A DNA stretch of 64,000 nt from Cyanophora paradoxa CCMP329 (GCA_004431415.1 QPMI01000545.1:214900-278899), one strand, 5' to 3'. Shown: positions 1 through 13,436, counted from the stretch's first letter. The notes: generated by a model not told the origin, from the sequence alone. Numbers and translations are program-made.

Positions 1-3000
1 TGGCGCCGGTGAGGCGGGCGGCGGCGCGGTTCCAGCGGGCGACGCGGAGGCGACGGTCGAGGGCGATGAAGGGGCACGCGGCGGCGTCGACGAGGCGCTG
101 CAGCTCCTCCCCCGCCACCCGCGCCCGCCGCTCCCCCTCCGCCACCGCCGCCTCCATCGCCTGCGCGCGCGCGCGGGGGGGCGGGCTTCAGCCTGCTCTT
201 AGAGCAAATGAACTTCGTTCGCCTCGCGGACCTTGCGCTGGGATATGTCGCGGACGATGAGGACCTGCAGGCCCGGGCCCTCCCCGGCGCCCTCCCCCGC
301 GCCGGCGCCCGAGGGCATGCGGCCCGTCGAGATGTCCACGCAGAAGCGCTCGGGGGGCGCTCCGGGGGCCGGCCGCGTCAGCGCCCCGCACTCCAGCGTC
401 GCCCCCTCCGAGCGCGGGTCCGAGAGGAAGGCGGCGAGGGCCGCCCGGTCCTGCGCTCCCGGCCGGCTGAGCTTCGGGGGGGCGCGAGGGCGGGGCGGGG
501 CGGGCTCGCCTCTGGGGCGAAGAAGGAGAGGACGGGCGGGCGTGCGGCCAGCTCCGCGTCGGCGTCGGCCCGCGGCCCGAGCGGCGAGGGCGGGTAGAAC
601 ATGGCGCGCGCTGCGGGCCGGTGAGCAGTCCGGGCGGATAACTTAGCGATGCCTTCGGCGGGTCGGACCGGCGGCGTTGGCGTGAGCGACGGCGCCCCCG
701 GGGAGGGGCGTGACGACGAGGAGCGCGTCGGAGATGGTCGAGGTGACCGCGACGGCCTGCCGCGCCTTCGCCAGGGCGTCCCCCACCTGCCCGGGCCGGC
801 CGGGCTCGGCGGAGGCGCCTCGGCGCTCGCTCGCGAGGGCTCGGCTCGCGCACGCGGTCCAGCTCCGAGATGACCGAGTAGTGGTCGTGGGGGCGCACGG
901 GGCGGCCGTCACGCCGGAGAGTCGGCGGGCGCGCCACGAGCGGAGCCTCGGACGGCGCCCCGGCCGCCGGGTGCGGGCGCGGGCGCGGGCGCCACCCGCT
1001 GCTGCTGCGGGTGCTCCGGGCCGTGGACGACGATGTGGTGGAGGGCGACGGGGCCCGCGGAGGCCGCCGCGAGTGGCACGGCCGGGCCGGCGGGAACGAC
1101 GCCCACTGCGAAGGGCGAGGGGGCCTGCAGGGGCGCGAAGGGTACGGAAAAGCGCGAGGATGCAGCCGCGGGCGGCGCGAAGACCCCGGGAGGAGGAGGG
1201 GCGGGCGGGGCGGCGTGCCGGGGATCCGGGGGCGAGGAGGCGTGGAGGAGGGAGGCGCCGACGGCGGGGCCCGGGCGGAAGACGGGGCGCGAGGTGCGCC
1301 GCAGGGGCGCCGCGGCCGCGGGGGAGCCACGGCAACGCCGTCGACGCCGTCTGCAGACGCCAGCGCTCCCTCCGATGCCGCCTCCATCGAATCCGACGGG
1401 CCGGACGCCGGCTCCAGCGCCGGCGCCGGCAAGGGCCCCGGGGGCGGCGGCAGAGGGCCCGTGGCCGCGGCGAGCGGGGGCGGGGGCGGGAGGTCCGGTC
1501 GCGGCGGGGGCGGGGACTTGGCGGTGTGGTCGGGGTCCAGGCAGAAGTACGAGAGCGCCGAGAGGTCCTTCTCAAAGCGGCCCATCACGCGCCGAACCTG
1601 CGGCGGCGGCGCTGAGTAGAGGGGCGGGCGGGCGGGCGGATCGAGCAGGCGCCTCGAAGATGACGAAGAGGCCTAGCACGAGGACCGTGAAGCCTGCCAC
1701 CGAGGAGACGACGATCACGACGATCTGCAGGTGGTCCAGCTTCCCGTACAGGTCTGCCAGACCATCCGCATCAGCGCGCTGACAATGATAGGGAGGCAGA
1801 AGGGAACGGCGGGGACCGTTTTTGGGAATGGCGACGCCAAACGCGAGGTGAAGGGTCCGGTTCCGAGAGTCGCCGGGCTGGCCGATCAGCTTCCGCCAGC
1901 GCCCCGCGTAGTCGACGCCGCGGACGGAGAAGCGCATCGCTGCAGCGCCCATGAATATCGAGTGAAACGAAGCTTTGAGATGAAGCGAACAGCTGCAGCG
2001 GGTGATCGGAGCGGCGCACGCTGCATGAACGGGGTGTCTGCGGTGTGCTGGGTTACGTTGGGGTTGCCGTCTACGCTCGTGTACATGAACGACTCGAATT
2101 TGCTAAGGTCCTCCGGAAGGGATTCCATGAAGGCCTGAGAGGCGAATCGAATTCGCGGGGGGACGCGTTGCCGCGTGCGCCCCTCGCACCTTCAGCTCGG
2201 GGTCCGCGATTTGATCCGTCGGCACAAACTCCACGGAACTTACGCTCCCTGGCGGGGAGTGCCGCAAGACAGCGCTGTTGTTCTGCGCGAGGGACCGAAA
2301 CCGCCGCGTGGGCGGGCGCCTTGTTTCTGGGATGGAGGCGGTGCGGACCCGAGTGTACGCGACGGGGCGGAAGACGCCGCGCTCGTCGTTCGCTACGACC
2401 ACAGCGAAGCCTGCTCATGATCAGACCTTCAGCGGGCCGGCGCGTTCGCTGCCCGACGAGACGAGGACAAGCTTGATGAGAGATCTAGGGAACGGACCGT
2501 CCTCGGGAATGTGCAAGTTCTCTACGTAGGAGTGCAGCCCGGGGAGGGAGATGACGAGCTGCGCGGTCCGATAATGATCAACTAGACTCGAATTCTAGGC
2601 ATCGATCGCGAGGCCCCCGGGCGAACCACTCCGCGGGCCTCGCTCTCGTTCCCCGCAGCCGCGCCAGGCGGCGGCGGCCGCGTCGAGGGGGGCACGACGG
2701 CGGGCGGGATGACGTCGCCGAGGAGGCCGGGCAGGCTCAGGTTGGCTACCGCCGACTTCGCGAAGAGCGGCGTGCTGTACGGGAACGTCGACGACGCCAC
2801 CTCGGCGTCGAACTGCGGGGCGGCAGGTCAGGCCGCATCCGCGATAATTTAAGAGGAGAGCTGTAGAAAAAGGCCGAACCGGAAAAACCGGCGTCCAGGA
2901 CTGCGAAACGTGTGCATGCCGCCGACATCAGAGCGTCCAAAATTTTGCGGGCGCGCGCAGTCTGCTGTAGAAACCATAGGCGTACCGGCCCTCCTGACAG

Positions 3001-4476
3001 AATCGGATCGTAGATCTGCGGCCGTTTCCTGCGCGGCAGGAAATGAGCCGCCCGGGGGCGCCAAAGCCACTATTCACCTCTAGGCTTCACCTGAGATCCA
3101 CGGTGTTGTTTCGGATGACGTGGTAAGTGACGATGCGTCCCGCGCGGTCTATATAGGAGCTGTACGAGTCCGTCACCTGAGATTCAAAGTGTAAGCCGGA
3201 TTACGCGAGGCCAGGCAGCAGAGCAACGGAGGGGATTCGCGCCTGCATATCCGGCGGATACGACGTATTCCTGCGCCATTCCAATAGCGAAATGGGGTAC
3301 GAAGCATCCGGAAATCGCTGCGCCGCGTTCGGTATTCAATGAGGACATTCTTCAGAGAGCGCGGACCTGCATCCAGAGGGGGTCCAGCTCTCTTTGGATG
3401 ACCGCCGCTTCGCGGTTAGGGAGGCTTAGCTGCGTGGAGGGCAGGCGATCAGCGGGGCATTCTCCCCGGGCCCGATCGCGAGGCCCAATATTAATTGCAA
3501 GCTTGAGCCCAAGCGTTGCGCACCGCTATGAACTGTGTTGCGCCCCCGAGCCCTCCCGCGGCTGTATCGAGGAGGATCTTGAGGACTTCGGGGAAGTCGC
3601 TCGAGTTGTACGGCCTGCGCGCGCGGGCCCGTCGGTAGAATAGGGCATACGGGACAGATGGGAAGCTCGAGATCGGAGGAGGGTGAACGCGAACCGGTCG
3701 CCGAGTCTCTGAGTGACGCGAGCCGCGAGGCGCGTGGACATGCGCATAGTGTTCCGCCGGAGCATGGACATCGTCTGGAGAAGCGCAGTGGTCATGCCCG
3801 TAGTGATCATGATCATGAGCACGATGCGAGGAATTTCGAATTCGAAGGCGTGAGCGCGGCGAAAGGTCCAGTTCTAGAGGCGCAGAACCACGCGGCACAA
3901 GAGGCGCAGTTCTATAGCTATACCCGCGGCGTGCGCGTGGCGGCCGCGGGGGCGGATCCGGACCTGGTCTGCCCGTTCGCCGATTTGCTGGACGCGGCCG
4001 CGGAAAGAATGAGCGCCATGTCACGATCATGATCAGAGCGGTGCGCAAGCACCTCGAGGAACAAGAAGGAGAGTCGATCCGTTGTCTGCCGAGCGAGCAC
4101 CGCCGAAACCACCCCGATTGTCTGCGCGAGAGACAATTTCGGAAGATCTAGAGCTCATGGACGGGCCCTCGCGTGCCACGTTTCAGCATTGGCCTCGGCC
4201 TCAATTCTATCTCGAGAGCGGTGCGCAGGAGGGGCGATCTAGCATTCAAAGGATTCGAATGACGCCGGGCCGGGCTCGAGCGCGCTGCAGGCGAAAGGCG
4301 CATGGGCGGAAGGCGCACGACAACGCCAAATACAACGACGATTATGAGCATCGGAAAGATCGCCCGCCCGAGCCTGCGCCCATCGTTAGCGGCGCGAACT
4401 CATCCGAACGGCAAAGCGCGCGCGAACGACGGCAGCGCGAGGCTACGTACCCGATGTGGAACGCTTTCTTCGCCAT
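1..4476 (-). CDS. Multi-exon two-TM sensor/receptor protein: extracellular domain, HAMP-like linker and PAS/PAC domains; 3' end lies beyond the left edge
   Basis: Manual minus-strand translation. Start MAKKAFHIG (ATG at 4476). TM1 is ..MLIIVVVFGVV and TM2 is LQIVVIVVSSVAGFTVLVLGLFVIFE. PAC motif VLIVRDISQRK at about 233-265. PAS start EELQRLVDAAACPFIALDRRLRVARWNRAAARLTG at 1-110. Exons are separated by short GC-rich introns ending in cgcag. Exon joins are approximate. Confidence 0.65.
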
Positions 4477-4764
4477 GACGCTCGCGCTGCTCGCATCACG
4501 CGCTGCGAACCCAACCCCAGCTGCAGCGCCGATCGTGACCTCTACCCCCGGGCCCGGCCGCGGCCAGCACTGCGCCCGCGCCCGCGCCCGCGATCTGATG
4601 CGCGTAGAATGAATTCGAATCAAGTGATTGCATCTGTACACATCGCTATCTGCTTCCGATCCGCGAGCGCTCGTCCGGCCTCAGCGCGGTATACGTATCG
4701 GTTCGACAAGACCGGCCCCTGCAGCTGTACATGCACACGCAGCTCCAGCTAGCCCTAGCCGGCG

Positions 4765-6269
4765 CTAGGAGAGCCTGAAGACCGAGCGCTCGTCAACCCT
4801 GTCGCGCGTCACCGGGTTCCGCGGCTCCCGCGAGCTCCTGCAGAGGCGCCGGCGCGTCAGCGCCGGCGCCCGGGGAGGAAGCCGCCCACGAGGGAGCGCG
4901 CGCACCGGAACCAGTCCTGCAGGGCCGAGTCCCTGAAGAGGTGCACGTGCCAGTCTGCGCCGCGCGCGCGTCAGGATCTGCTGAGGGTGGCCCGCCCTCT
5001 TGAAATGCTGTTAATCTAGGCGCCGGCCGGGGCGCGTGGGCCCGCCCTCTTCGCCCCCGCCGCGGGCACGGACCGTCCGGGGAGCGGGCGGCGGTGGCGT
5101 GGCGGGAGCCGGCGCGGGGCTGCGCCAGCGCCGCCACGTCGCCCGTCAGGCGGCCCCGCGCGTCCAGCAGCGGGTCCAGCCTGCGGGAGAGAAAGGCCGG
5201 GCCGGTCAGCTCAGAGGGAAGGAAGACGGGGCGGGGGCTCGAGGGGCGCGCGTGATGCAGCAGGTCGGGTCCTTCTCGCTGAGCGCCCGCACGAGCGCCT
5301 GCGAGGATTTCAAATTCGAATAATCGAATTTGAATTCGAATTGGGGGGCACGACGGACCGGCTTGAGGACGTCGGGGAGCGCGACCGCCTTCTCCCGATT
5401 CATGCCGAACTGGGAGGGGTACGCGCTTTAGGGGAGGGGTAAAGAAAAGAGACGGGGGTACGCGCACCTGGGCCACGAGGAGCTCCTCAAGGGATTCCGC
5501 CTCGTCTCGGCTGACGCCGGCGGACCCGGAGGGCCCCGCCCCCGGCCGCCCTGCCGCCGCCGCGGGCGCGCGGCGGGCGGCGCGGAGGGACGGGCGCCGG
5601 CCGAGGCGGCGGCCGCCTCGCCCCACTGCCGGATCATCTCCGGCGTCGCCGGCGGCGCGCTCGGGACGGAGGCGGGGCCGGAGGAGGAGGAGGAGGGAGA
5701 GGAGGAGGAAGGGGCTGCCGGGGCCGAGGGCCTGGAGGCGGAGGCTCCCGAGCCGGACGGGCCGGGCACGGCCCACGGGGGCGGCGCGGGCCCCGCGGAT
5801 CCGGCTCCGGACTCCCGCGCCTGTGCGAAGAGCATCGTAATGACGCGGCCCGCGAGGTCGGCGATGTCCTCGCCGGCGCCGCCGTTCCTGCCCGCGCCGG
5901 CGCCCGTCCGCGCGCTGGGGCCCGGCCCGCATTCCGAGCGCGCCTCCGCCGCGTTGGAGGGGAGGGTCAAAGCGAGGATGCCGCCGACGGCTCGCACAGC
6001 CGCCTCAGTGCGGCCCTCCCGCATGGCGCGCACGACCCGGCGCAGCGTCTCCGTCAGCTGCTGCCGCTGAAGGGCGTCCAGGTTCGGGTTGCGCTGCGCT
6101 ATCATGTCCCCGATGACGGTGACCCCTCTGCAAGCGCGTCAGCAAGCGCTCAAGGCGCCGACCAGCTGACTGTGTCGGCGGCGTCTGCACACATGTCGGA
6201 GAGGACGGCATTGGTGAAGAGGCTGAAGAGCCCTTTCGCCACCCACACGACAAAGGAGGCGAAGCTCAT
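4765..6269 (-). CDS. Multi-exon protein with a C-terminal U-box/RING-like domain
   Basis: Starts MSFASFVVWVAKGLFSLF. C-terminal exons give TCCIT..LDP..HVHLFRDSALQDWFR..RNPVTRDRVDERSVFRLS*, matching the U-box pattern CxIT..DP..HxF...W....PxTR. Confidence 0.5.
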
Positions 6270-6719
6270 GAAGCCACGCGCTCTCCGCTCTCGCGCGGCC
6301 GCGCCCGAGCGCGGGCGACCAACTCAGCCGACCTGCACTGGGCGTCAGCAAAGAGAACCGTACGCTGATGCGTCTGCATATTTACGCGCCTCTAGGCTTC
6401 CAAAGCGCGTGCAGACGAAGCTCCGCGGGAGCTCCGCTGAGCTCGGCCCCCGCTCAGCTCAGCGCGATCTCCGCTCGATCGCCCTTGCGCTCTTGATCAA
6501 GTGGATGCGCTCTTCCTGCACGCCGCTTACGAGCCCTGTGATGGTTCAGCGGTCCAGTTCGCCGTACCCCCAAAGTGGCTCCAGGCTCCAGCCTTCAGCC
6601 TGTCTGCCGCGGCAGTCAACTACCGCTCCTGCTCCGTGTCAGTGGAGTTCTAATCGGCTTGGTTGTGTCGGCCGCATACGCGCGGCGCGATCCCCCGGCG
6701 CGAATTCTCGGCCGCGAGC

Positions 6720-9700
6720 ATGGCGAAGCCGAAGAATTCTGGCGTCGTAATCGAAGCCAAAGGCCAGTTCCTCGAGAAAGTCGAGCCCGAGAAACTGACG
6801 AAGGATAAGCCGCCGGCTAGCCAAATTGATGGCCTCGATCTGTCGTACAACTACTTGACAACGCTCTCCGGCGTCGCTCCGTTCTGCCGGCTACTCCGGC
6901 TTGATGTATCCGTGCGCCCGCCGCCGAGAGTCGCCGTTGCGTTTGTCTCGGGCCGCCTTCTCACTGTCTTCCTTTCGTCATTCGCAGCATAACCACATCG
7001 GTACGCGGCTCGCGTGTAGCGCGGTCGCGTGCCCGGCTCGGTTTTCAAACCGACCGGCCCCCCACCGCCGAATCCCTCCGCCCCTAGCGGAAAAGGAATC
7101 CCTTGCGAGCTTCCGACTTTCCGTTTCGGCAGATGAGCTCCAGCAGCTGGCCATTACCATTACGAGCCTCAGCGCGGCGTACAATCGCCTCTCGTCTCTG
7201 ACAGGCATCGAGGACCTGCGGGCTCTCACCGGTGCGGCCTGTCGCCTCCCCTGACGCGGCGCGCGCGCGCTGAAAACGATCCCGTATCGCAGAGCTGGAC
7301 GTGTCCTACAACTCGATATCGGACCTGCGGCAGGTCGGATCGCTCATGCACCTTACGACGCTGCGCGTCGCCGGCAACAAGATCCGCTCCGTCGAGGGCC
7401 TCGAGCGCCTTCAGCGGCTGAAGAAGTGCGGCGCCCTCGGCCCCGGCCCACGTGCGCGCCGCTGAGGCCCACCCCCTCCCCGCAGCCTCGACCTGAGGAA
7501 CAACCTGCTGGCCGCGCCGGACGCGGCGGCCCCGCTAGCCCAGAACCCCCGCCTGGCGAACCTGGAGCTGTCGGGCAACCCGCTCACGCGGTCCGCGGCG
7601 CCGTCGCCCCTCCGCCCGGCCCGCTCGCGCCTCACGCCGCCCGTCGCGTGCGCAGGGCCCGCGGCTGGAAGCTGGAGGTCCTTCAGTTCGTCATGTCCCT
7701 CGAGTTTCTGGACGGAGAGCGTGCGCTACCCCCCGGGCCCCCGCGCCCTCCCTTCTCCTTCCTTTTCCGAGCCCCCTCTTCCTCCTCGCAGGCCTGGAGC
7801 GGAGGTTGAACCGCCCCCCGAGCCCCGCGCGGAAGCCGCTGCCCCCGCGGCCGCCGCCGGAGCCTGTGGCGCCTGGCCAGCAGACGCAGCCAGTCCCGCA
7901 GGGGAGCCCCCTGCGCCAGCCCCTGAACGACGGTGCGGCCCGTGGGGGGGGCGCCCCCTCGCGGCCCGCGGCGGGAGCGCTCACCGCCCGCCTGCCCGCC
8001 CGCACGCTCGCAGGCCGCTGGCCCTTTCTTTCGGGGCAGTCGCCGTCCCGCGGCCCCTCCTCCCTCGCCTCGTTCGACTTCGGCTCGGAGTCGGGCCGGC
8101 GCACCTACCGCTCGCCTTCCCCGCCCCGCTCCCTCGCCTCGGCGCCCTCCCTCGCGGCCTCCTCCTCCTCCCGCCTCCTCCTCATGCGCTCGCCCTCTCC
8201 CTCCAAGGAGGACCTCCGGGCTGCCGCCATGTCCCTGAAGAAGGGTGCGCGGGCCGCCCGGGGCGCCCCGCCGCCGCGCCGACCCTGACGCCCCGCCCCA
8301 CCCCCGCAGAGCTGGGGCTCTCGCCGCCGCGCTCGGCGCGCCGGAACCTGGGGGAGCCTTCGGTCTTCCTCGCGGCGTCGGCCCTCGAGCAGCCGCCGCC
8401 GGCGCCGCCCTCGCTGGTCGGGACGCACCGCGCGGCCTCGCCGGCCGCCTCGCAGTCGCGCCTGATGGAGCTGTACGACCCTCTGGACCCCACCGTCGCC
8501 CTCGCCGCCGCCGCCGAGGACTTCGAGCTGCGCCAGTCGGCCCCGCGCGCCCGCCGCGGCAGCGGGCAGCTGGCCCTGGGCGCGCCCAGTGGGAGGAGCT
8601 GGCGGGCCCGCCGCGCACGCCGGCGTCGCCGCTGCCGGGGCGGCCCTCGTCGCGCATCGGGTACGTGCCCGACCTGCCGAGCCCGGAGCACGACCACGAC
8701 GAGGGGACTACCCCTGGAGGCCGCCGCCGCGCTGCAGGCCGTCGTGGAGGCGACCTCCGAGGAGGAGCACGGGGCCACGCCCCCGCGCGGCCGCCCCGCC
8801 TGGGCCCCGCCGCAGCCCCCGCAGCCGCCCGCCCCCGTCCTCAGCAGCGCATACGCCGCGGCGTACCGCTCGCCCTCCCCGCCCCACTCCCGCTCCCTCT
8901 CCGTCGACGTCGCGCCGGCCCCGCGCTCCCGGCAGGGCCCCGGGCCCCTGTCGCCGCCCCGGAGCGCCCGCAGCGTCGGCGCGCGCTCCATTTCCAGCTT
9001 CTCGCGCGCCTCGGCGCGCTCTGGCGGGAGCGGCAGCGTGGAGCCGGCGGTCCCGCACAGGCACTCCTGGGCCCTGCGGGTGGCCGGGAGCCCGCGGGCC
9101 GGCACCGAGCTCCTCGCCGACCTGCACGGCTCCTCCCGCGCCCGCTCCCTCGCCGCCGCCACCGACGGCCCCGGCCCCGGCATCCTCCGCCCCGCCTCCT
9201 CCCTATCCTCCACCTCCTCCTCCGCCCCTGCCGTGCCCCGCCCGCCTCCTTCTCCTCCTCCCTGCGGGATCTGTACCCCCGTCCTCCGCGCACGGCCCCG
9301 ACGTGGAGCGCGCGCTCGCCGCGCGGCCCGCCCGCTCCCCGACCCGCCGCCGGCGCGCCCGCACCCGCCCTCCAACCGGCCGCCCCCCAGCTCTCCAGCT
9401 CCCTCCGCGTACCCGTCGTTCGCAACGCCCTACCCCGGCCCCGCCCGCCCGCTCCCTCTCCCCGGCGCGCAACCGGACCGCCCCGCCCGCCTCCTGGTCC
9501 TCCATCTTCCGGGCCGCCTCTGCCTCCGCCTCCGCCGCCTCCGCCGCCGCCGCCGGCAGCGGGAAAAGCAAGCCGCCCGCGCAGCCGCGGCGCGCGCCGC
9601 TCAACGAGAGCATCAGCGCCTGGGACGCGGGCGACGCCTCCTCTGGAGCACCCTCGGACCTCGCCCCCTCCCCGCCCCGGAGCCTCCCCGGCTCTCCCGC

Positions 9701-10966
9701 CCGCGCCCCCGCCGCCTCCGCCGCCCCCGCGACGGCCCCCGTGCAGCGCTCCGCCCCCGTCCTGCAGCACGGCGCCCACGCACGCCGCCAGGGCCGCCGC
9801 AGCGCCGAGGGTGCGCTTTCGCCGCCGTACCCCCGCCGCGCTCTCTTCCAACGCCGCCGCGCAGTCGTCGTGTGGTCGGGGGCGGCGCTGGAAGGGCTCG
9901 CGCAGCTGCTGCGGAGCCCGCAGGCGGCCGTCCGCAGCAAGGCCCTCCTCGTCCTCGCCGGCGTCCTCGACTCCGGTACCCCCCGCCGGCCTGGACTCCG
10001 GTACCCCCCTTCCCGCCGCTGACCTGTCTTCCCAGACGAGAACGCGCGGAACGCCCTGTCTCTGGACATCTGCCCCTCCCTCGCCGACCTCCTCCGCTCC
10101 TCTGACCCCTCCGCCGTCCGCCTCGTACTCCCTTTGGGTTCCTCCCACTTCCTGATCCCGTACCCCTAGGTCGCGGACACGTGCCACTGCGTCGCCCGCC
10201 TGGCCGCCGTGTGGGATCCGCAATCCTCCCCCGTGCGTCCCCGGGCTCCCGCGGGCCGTGGCGCCGCCTCTCCGGTCCCTGACGCCGCCGCAGAACGGGC
10301 CGCACCTGCTGGCGCTCTCGTACCCCCTCCTCACCGTCGCGGCGGGCCCCGACCCCGGCCTGCAGGCCTCCGCCATGGCGGCCCTGGAGGCCCTCGCCGG
10401 TGCGCCGTACCCCCCGCCGCCTCCTCCCCCCGGCCGCTGAGTCCCCCCCAGCGAAGGGCCTGACGTCGGAGAGCCCGCCGCCGCCCTCTCCCACGGCGGC
10501 GCGGCAGCCTGGGGAGGGGCCGGGGCCGGACGCGGCCGGGGCCGGGCCGGAGCCGGAGGTGGCGCGGCGCCTCGAGTTCGAGGGCCGCGGGGGCCAGCAG
10601 GGGCCCCCTGGGCCCGAGCCGGCGCCCGAGGCGGGGGCGGGGGCGGAGCTGGACGAGTCGGGGCAGGGGGAGGCGCTGCTGCGGCGGAAGCGCTCGAACC
10701 GCATCGTGCACCAGATCCTGCACCCAGAGGAGGCGGCGGCGGCGCCCCCCGGGGCGGCGGGCCCCGCCTACCACCAGCTCTCGCTGGCCGAGCTTGCAGA
10801 CCGGCCCCTGGGCGACCTTTCGCCCGACTGGCGCACCCCGTCGCCCCCGCCCCCGCCGTCGCCGCCGGACCCGCCGCCGCCGGCGCGGTGGCCCCCGGGG
10901 GCGCCGGCGGCCCCCCGCCGGACTCCATGGATGTGGACGCCGAGGGCCGCGCCGCCCCATGATTAG
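6720..10966 (+). CDS. Multi-exon leucine-rich repeat protein (SDS22-like LRRs and LRRcap) with a long Pro/Ser-rich middle and a C-terminal ARM/HEAT-like segment
   Basis: LRRs: LDLSYNYLTTL, LSAAYNRLSSLTGIEDL, LDVSYNSISDL, LRVAGNKIRSVEGL, LDLRNNLL, LELSGNPL. Cap: LEFLDG. Later segment LEGLAQLLRSPQAAVRSKALLVLAGVL. The 3' end is approximate and the region could be two genes. Confidence 0.7.
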
Positions 10967-11479
10967 TATACTCGAATCCGGCCGTGGGGACGGTGCGGTC
11001 CGCACTACGGTACCCTACGAACGGGCCCCCCTCCGGGGCCCGCCGGGCCGGGCCCCATGGGCCATGGACCATGACTCATGAGGGTTTGCGTCGCTCGACG
11101 GGAACGCGTCGACGTTGCCGTCGACTCCGACAAGTCGCCGTCGATCGCAACTCGCGAGTTGCCCTCGACGCTGTCAACCGATTAAAGCGGACTCGAGCGG
11201 CCAGCCTCGAGCTCAGGCTGCGCGCGGGGTCTACCCGGCTAGCCGATAGGAGGTGACTAGCACAAAATACTATGATACAGAATCAAGAGGGATCATGAGA
11301 AGGGACACGATCAGAAGAATGCAAAAGATAAGGAGAACGAGCACGAGGAGAAGGAGTAGAAGAGCTTAATTGCAAGGACGGTCGTAATTTCCCTCGTAAA
11401 TCGATATATGGAGTCACATTGGACCGGAGTAGACTCACTTGAAAAGGCTCACATTATATTGGACCGGAGTGTTATCCGA

Positions 11480-13190
11480 TGATCGACGCGTATACGAGTA
11501 CGGTACGACCGTGACCGTCGCGATCGGACGTACGCGCCGCGGACCGCGGTCCGCGGTACGTATACGTATACGTACGTACGCCGCGCGCCGATCGCGAACG
11601 CCCGGCGCCGGCGGCCGCGGATCCGGACCGCGGTACGCGTACGCGTCGACTCGTTAAACGTTCGATATCGATCGATATATCGCGTTCGAATTCGCGTAAA
11701 TACTAATATACTATGATAAAAATTCAAAAACATTCACGTCCAGGAAGACGTCGCGATCGACGTCGACGTCGACCCCTTTCGAATTCATGTACCAGTAGAC
11801 TGGCAGTAATAGCCTAGTAGGTCCAGTACGTTACTGTACGTATACCCGCTAAACTACCCGCCGCAGCCTCCAATTCACGCACGCGAGTCGACGTCGGCGC
11901 CGGCGGCTCGGCCTCACCGCCGACTCGCGATCGGCGGCGAGTCGGCGCCGACTCGGCGAGTCGGCGGCTCGCCGAGTCGGCCTCACGATTCACGATTCAC
12001 GAACTTTCGGAATCACGATTCATGACTCCGGAATTCGGATCCGGCCCATCATGATCATCCGGGCCGAATGGCCCGAATCATCCCGGAGACTGGGCCGGAG
12101 TCCGACCGACTACTAGTACTACGGTACTAGTACTCCGACGTCGACCGACCATCCAATGCATCCATGATGATGAATAGCTATAGCTTGACATGATCCCCTT
12201 AAGCTTAAAATTCTTATCAGTGTAGGCTGTGTTAGCCTGTGTAGCGGCACTGCTGCGGCAGTGCTGCGGGCCTGCGGCACTGTACGGTCTGTACCGTGTT
12301 ACCGCCGGGCCGGTTGCAATTGGTCCGTGTAACGTAACATGTACACATAAATACTGGACTCACTTAATTAACAGAGTCCCAAATTAACAGACCGAAATTT
12401 TGACATAGTCTGTTAATTTGGCACTCTGCTAATTTGCTGCTGTTCAGTACGTATACGTACTAGTCGTCTCATACAATCTACCCCCCAACATTAGCGCACC
12501 ATACAAGCCAAAATTAAATTGTTTAGTCTGCTAATTTAATTGGGACTCTGTTATTTCGCCTATAATTATAAGGGATCCGGATCGGAGGGCCAGATTTTAA
12601 AACCTGTTATAATTAATTAACGGGCTGTTAATTTAGTGTAACACGGACGTTACACGGTAGTCTGTCACAGTGTAGCGGCAGTGTACCGGTAGGCTGTGTA
12701 TAGCCTGCGCAAGCTGGTCGGGTCGATCGCAAATTCGAATTCGCAATGGCGCACTCATCAGTAAATTGCGTTTAGGATGCTCCATGCTCGATTGACGCCG
12801 GCATGGCCATGGCATGGCCATTCGAATTCGTTCGAAGCTCGGCGCGCATGGATCGATATCGGAATGCCATCATGGATATCGGATATTCCGTCGCCAATGA
12901 CTCGCCAAGAGTCGCCATCCGACTCGATGATCCGAGTCGACGACGACTCGACGTCGACGTCCATGCGTGGAATATTTAATCCGGCGACCGACCGGCGTAT
13001 ACGAACGTATGCGCGTGAATCCGCGCGCGCATGCACATATATGGCCAATTCCAGGCCAAAGCGTTGGCCGCGCGCGCCGGCCCGCGCGCCCGGCCCGCCG
13101 CGCGGCCGATTCCCGGAGTCCGATGTCGATGGTAGTCGATCGCGATCATCATGATCATCGACGCGATGAGATAGCTATAGCGCTATAGCT
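11480..13190. repeat. Intergenic low-complexity tract built of overlapping short palindromes
   Basis: Examples: ggtacgtatacgtatacgtacgtacg, ttcgatatcgatcgatatatcg, actactagtactacggtactagtact, atagctatagcgctatagct. No credible ORF. Confidence 0.7.
12325..12657. mobile_element. Degenerate MITE-like / foldback element
   Basis: AT-rich island bounded by an 11-bp inverted repeat, ccgtgtaacgt (12325) / acgttacacgg (12647). Internal motif taacagagtcccaaattaacagac (about 12369) recurs in imperfect inverted form at about 12408 and 12526. Confidence 0.35.
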
Positions 13191-13436
13191 GCCAGCGGAA
13201 CGCTTTTGGAAGTGCAGGCTCCGCATCTGCAGCTACACGTATTCGGCGTTCCGCCGGCGCCTCATCTCCTTCTCGCGCCAGCTGGCAGCAGGGAGCAGCG
13301 CTGCATTTCCCGCCGAAGATCGCAGGAATCACTCTCTCTGCGCTTTCCCCAGCCCGGCCGTCTTACTTCAGCCGCCACCGCCGTCGTTTCCTTGCGATCA
13401 CCCACGGCCGCGCCGTTGATCGGCGCCGGGAGAACC

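Noticed and set aside
7721-11072. Very long Arg/Pro/Gly-rich ORFs on both strands (e.g. 794 aa, 743 aa; also 21562-23358)
   Set aside because: Shadow ORFs caused by extreme GC content and read-through of stop-free introns. The real genes are spliced.
11270-11470. Purine-rich stretch and duplicated attggaccggagt
   Set aside because: Short, with no ORF or structure to support a function.
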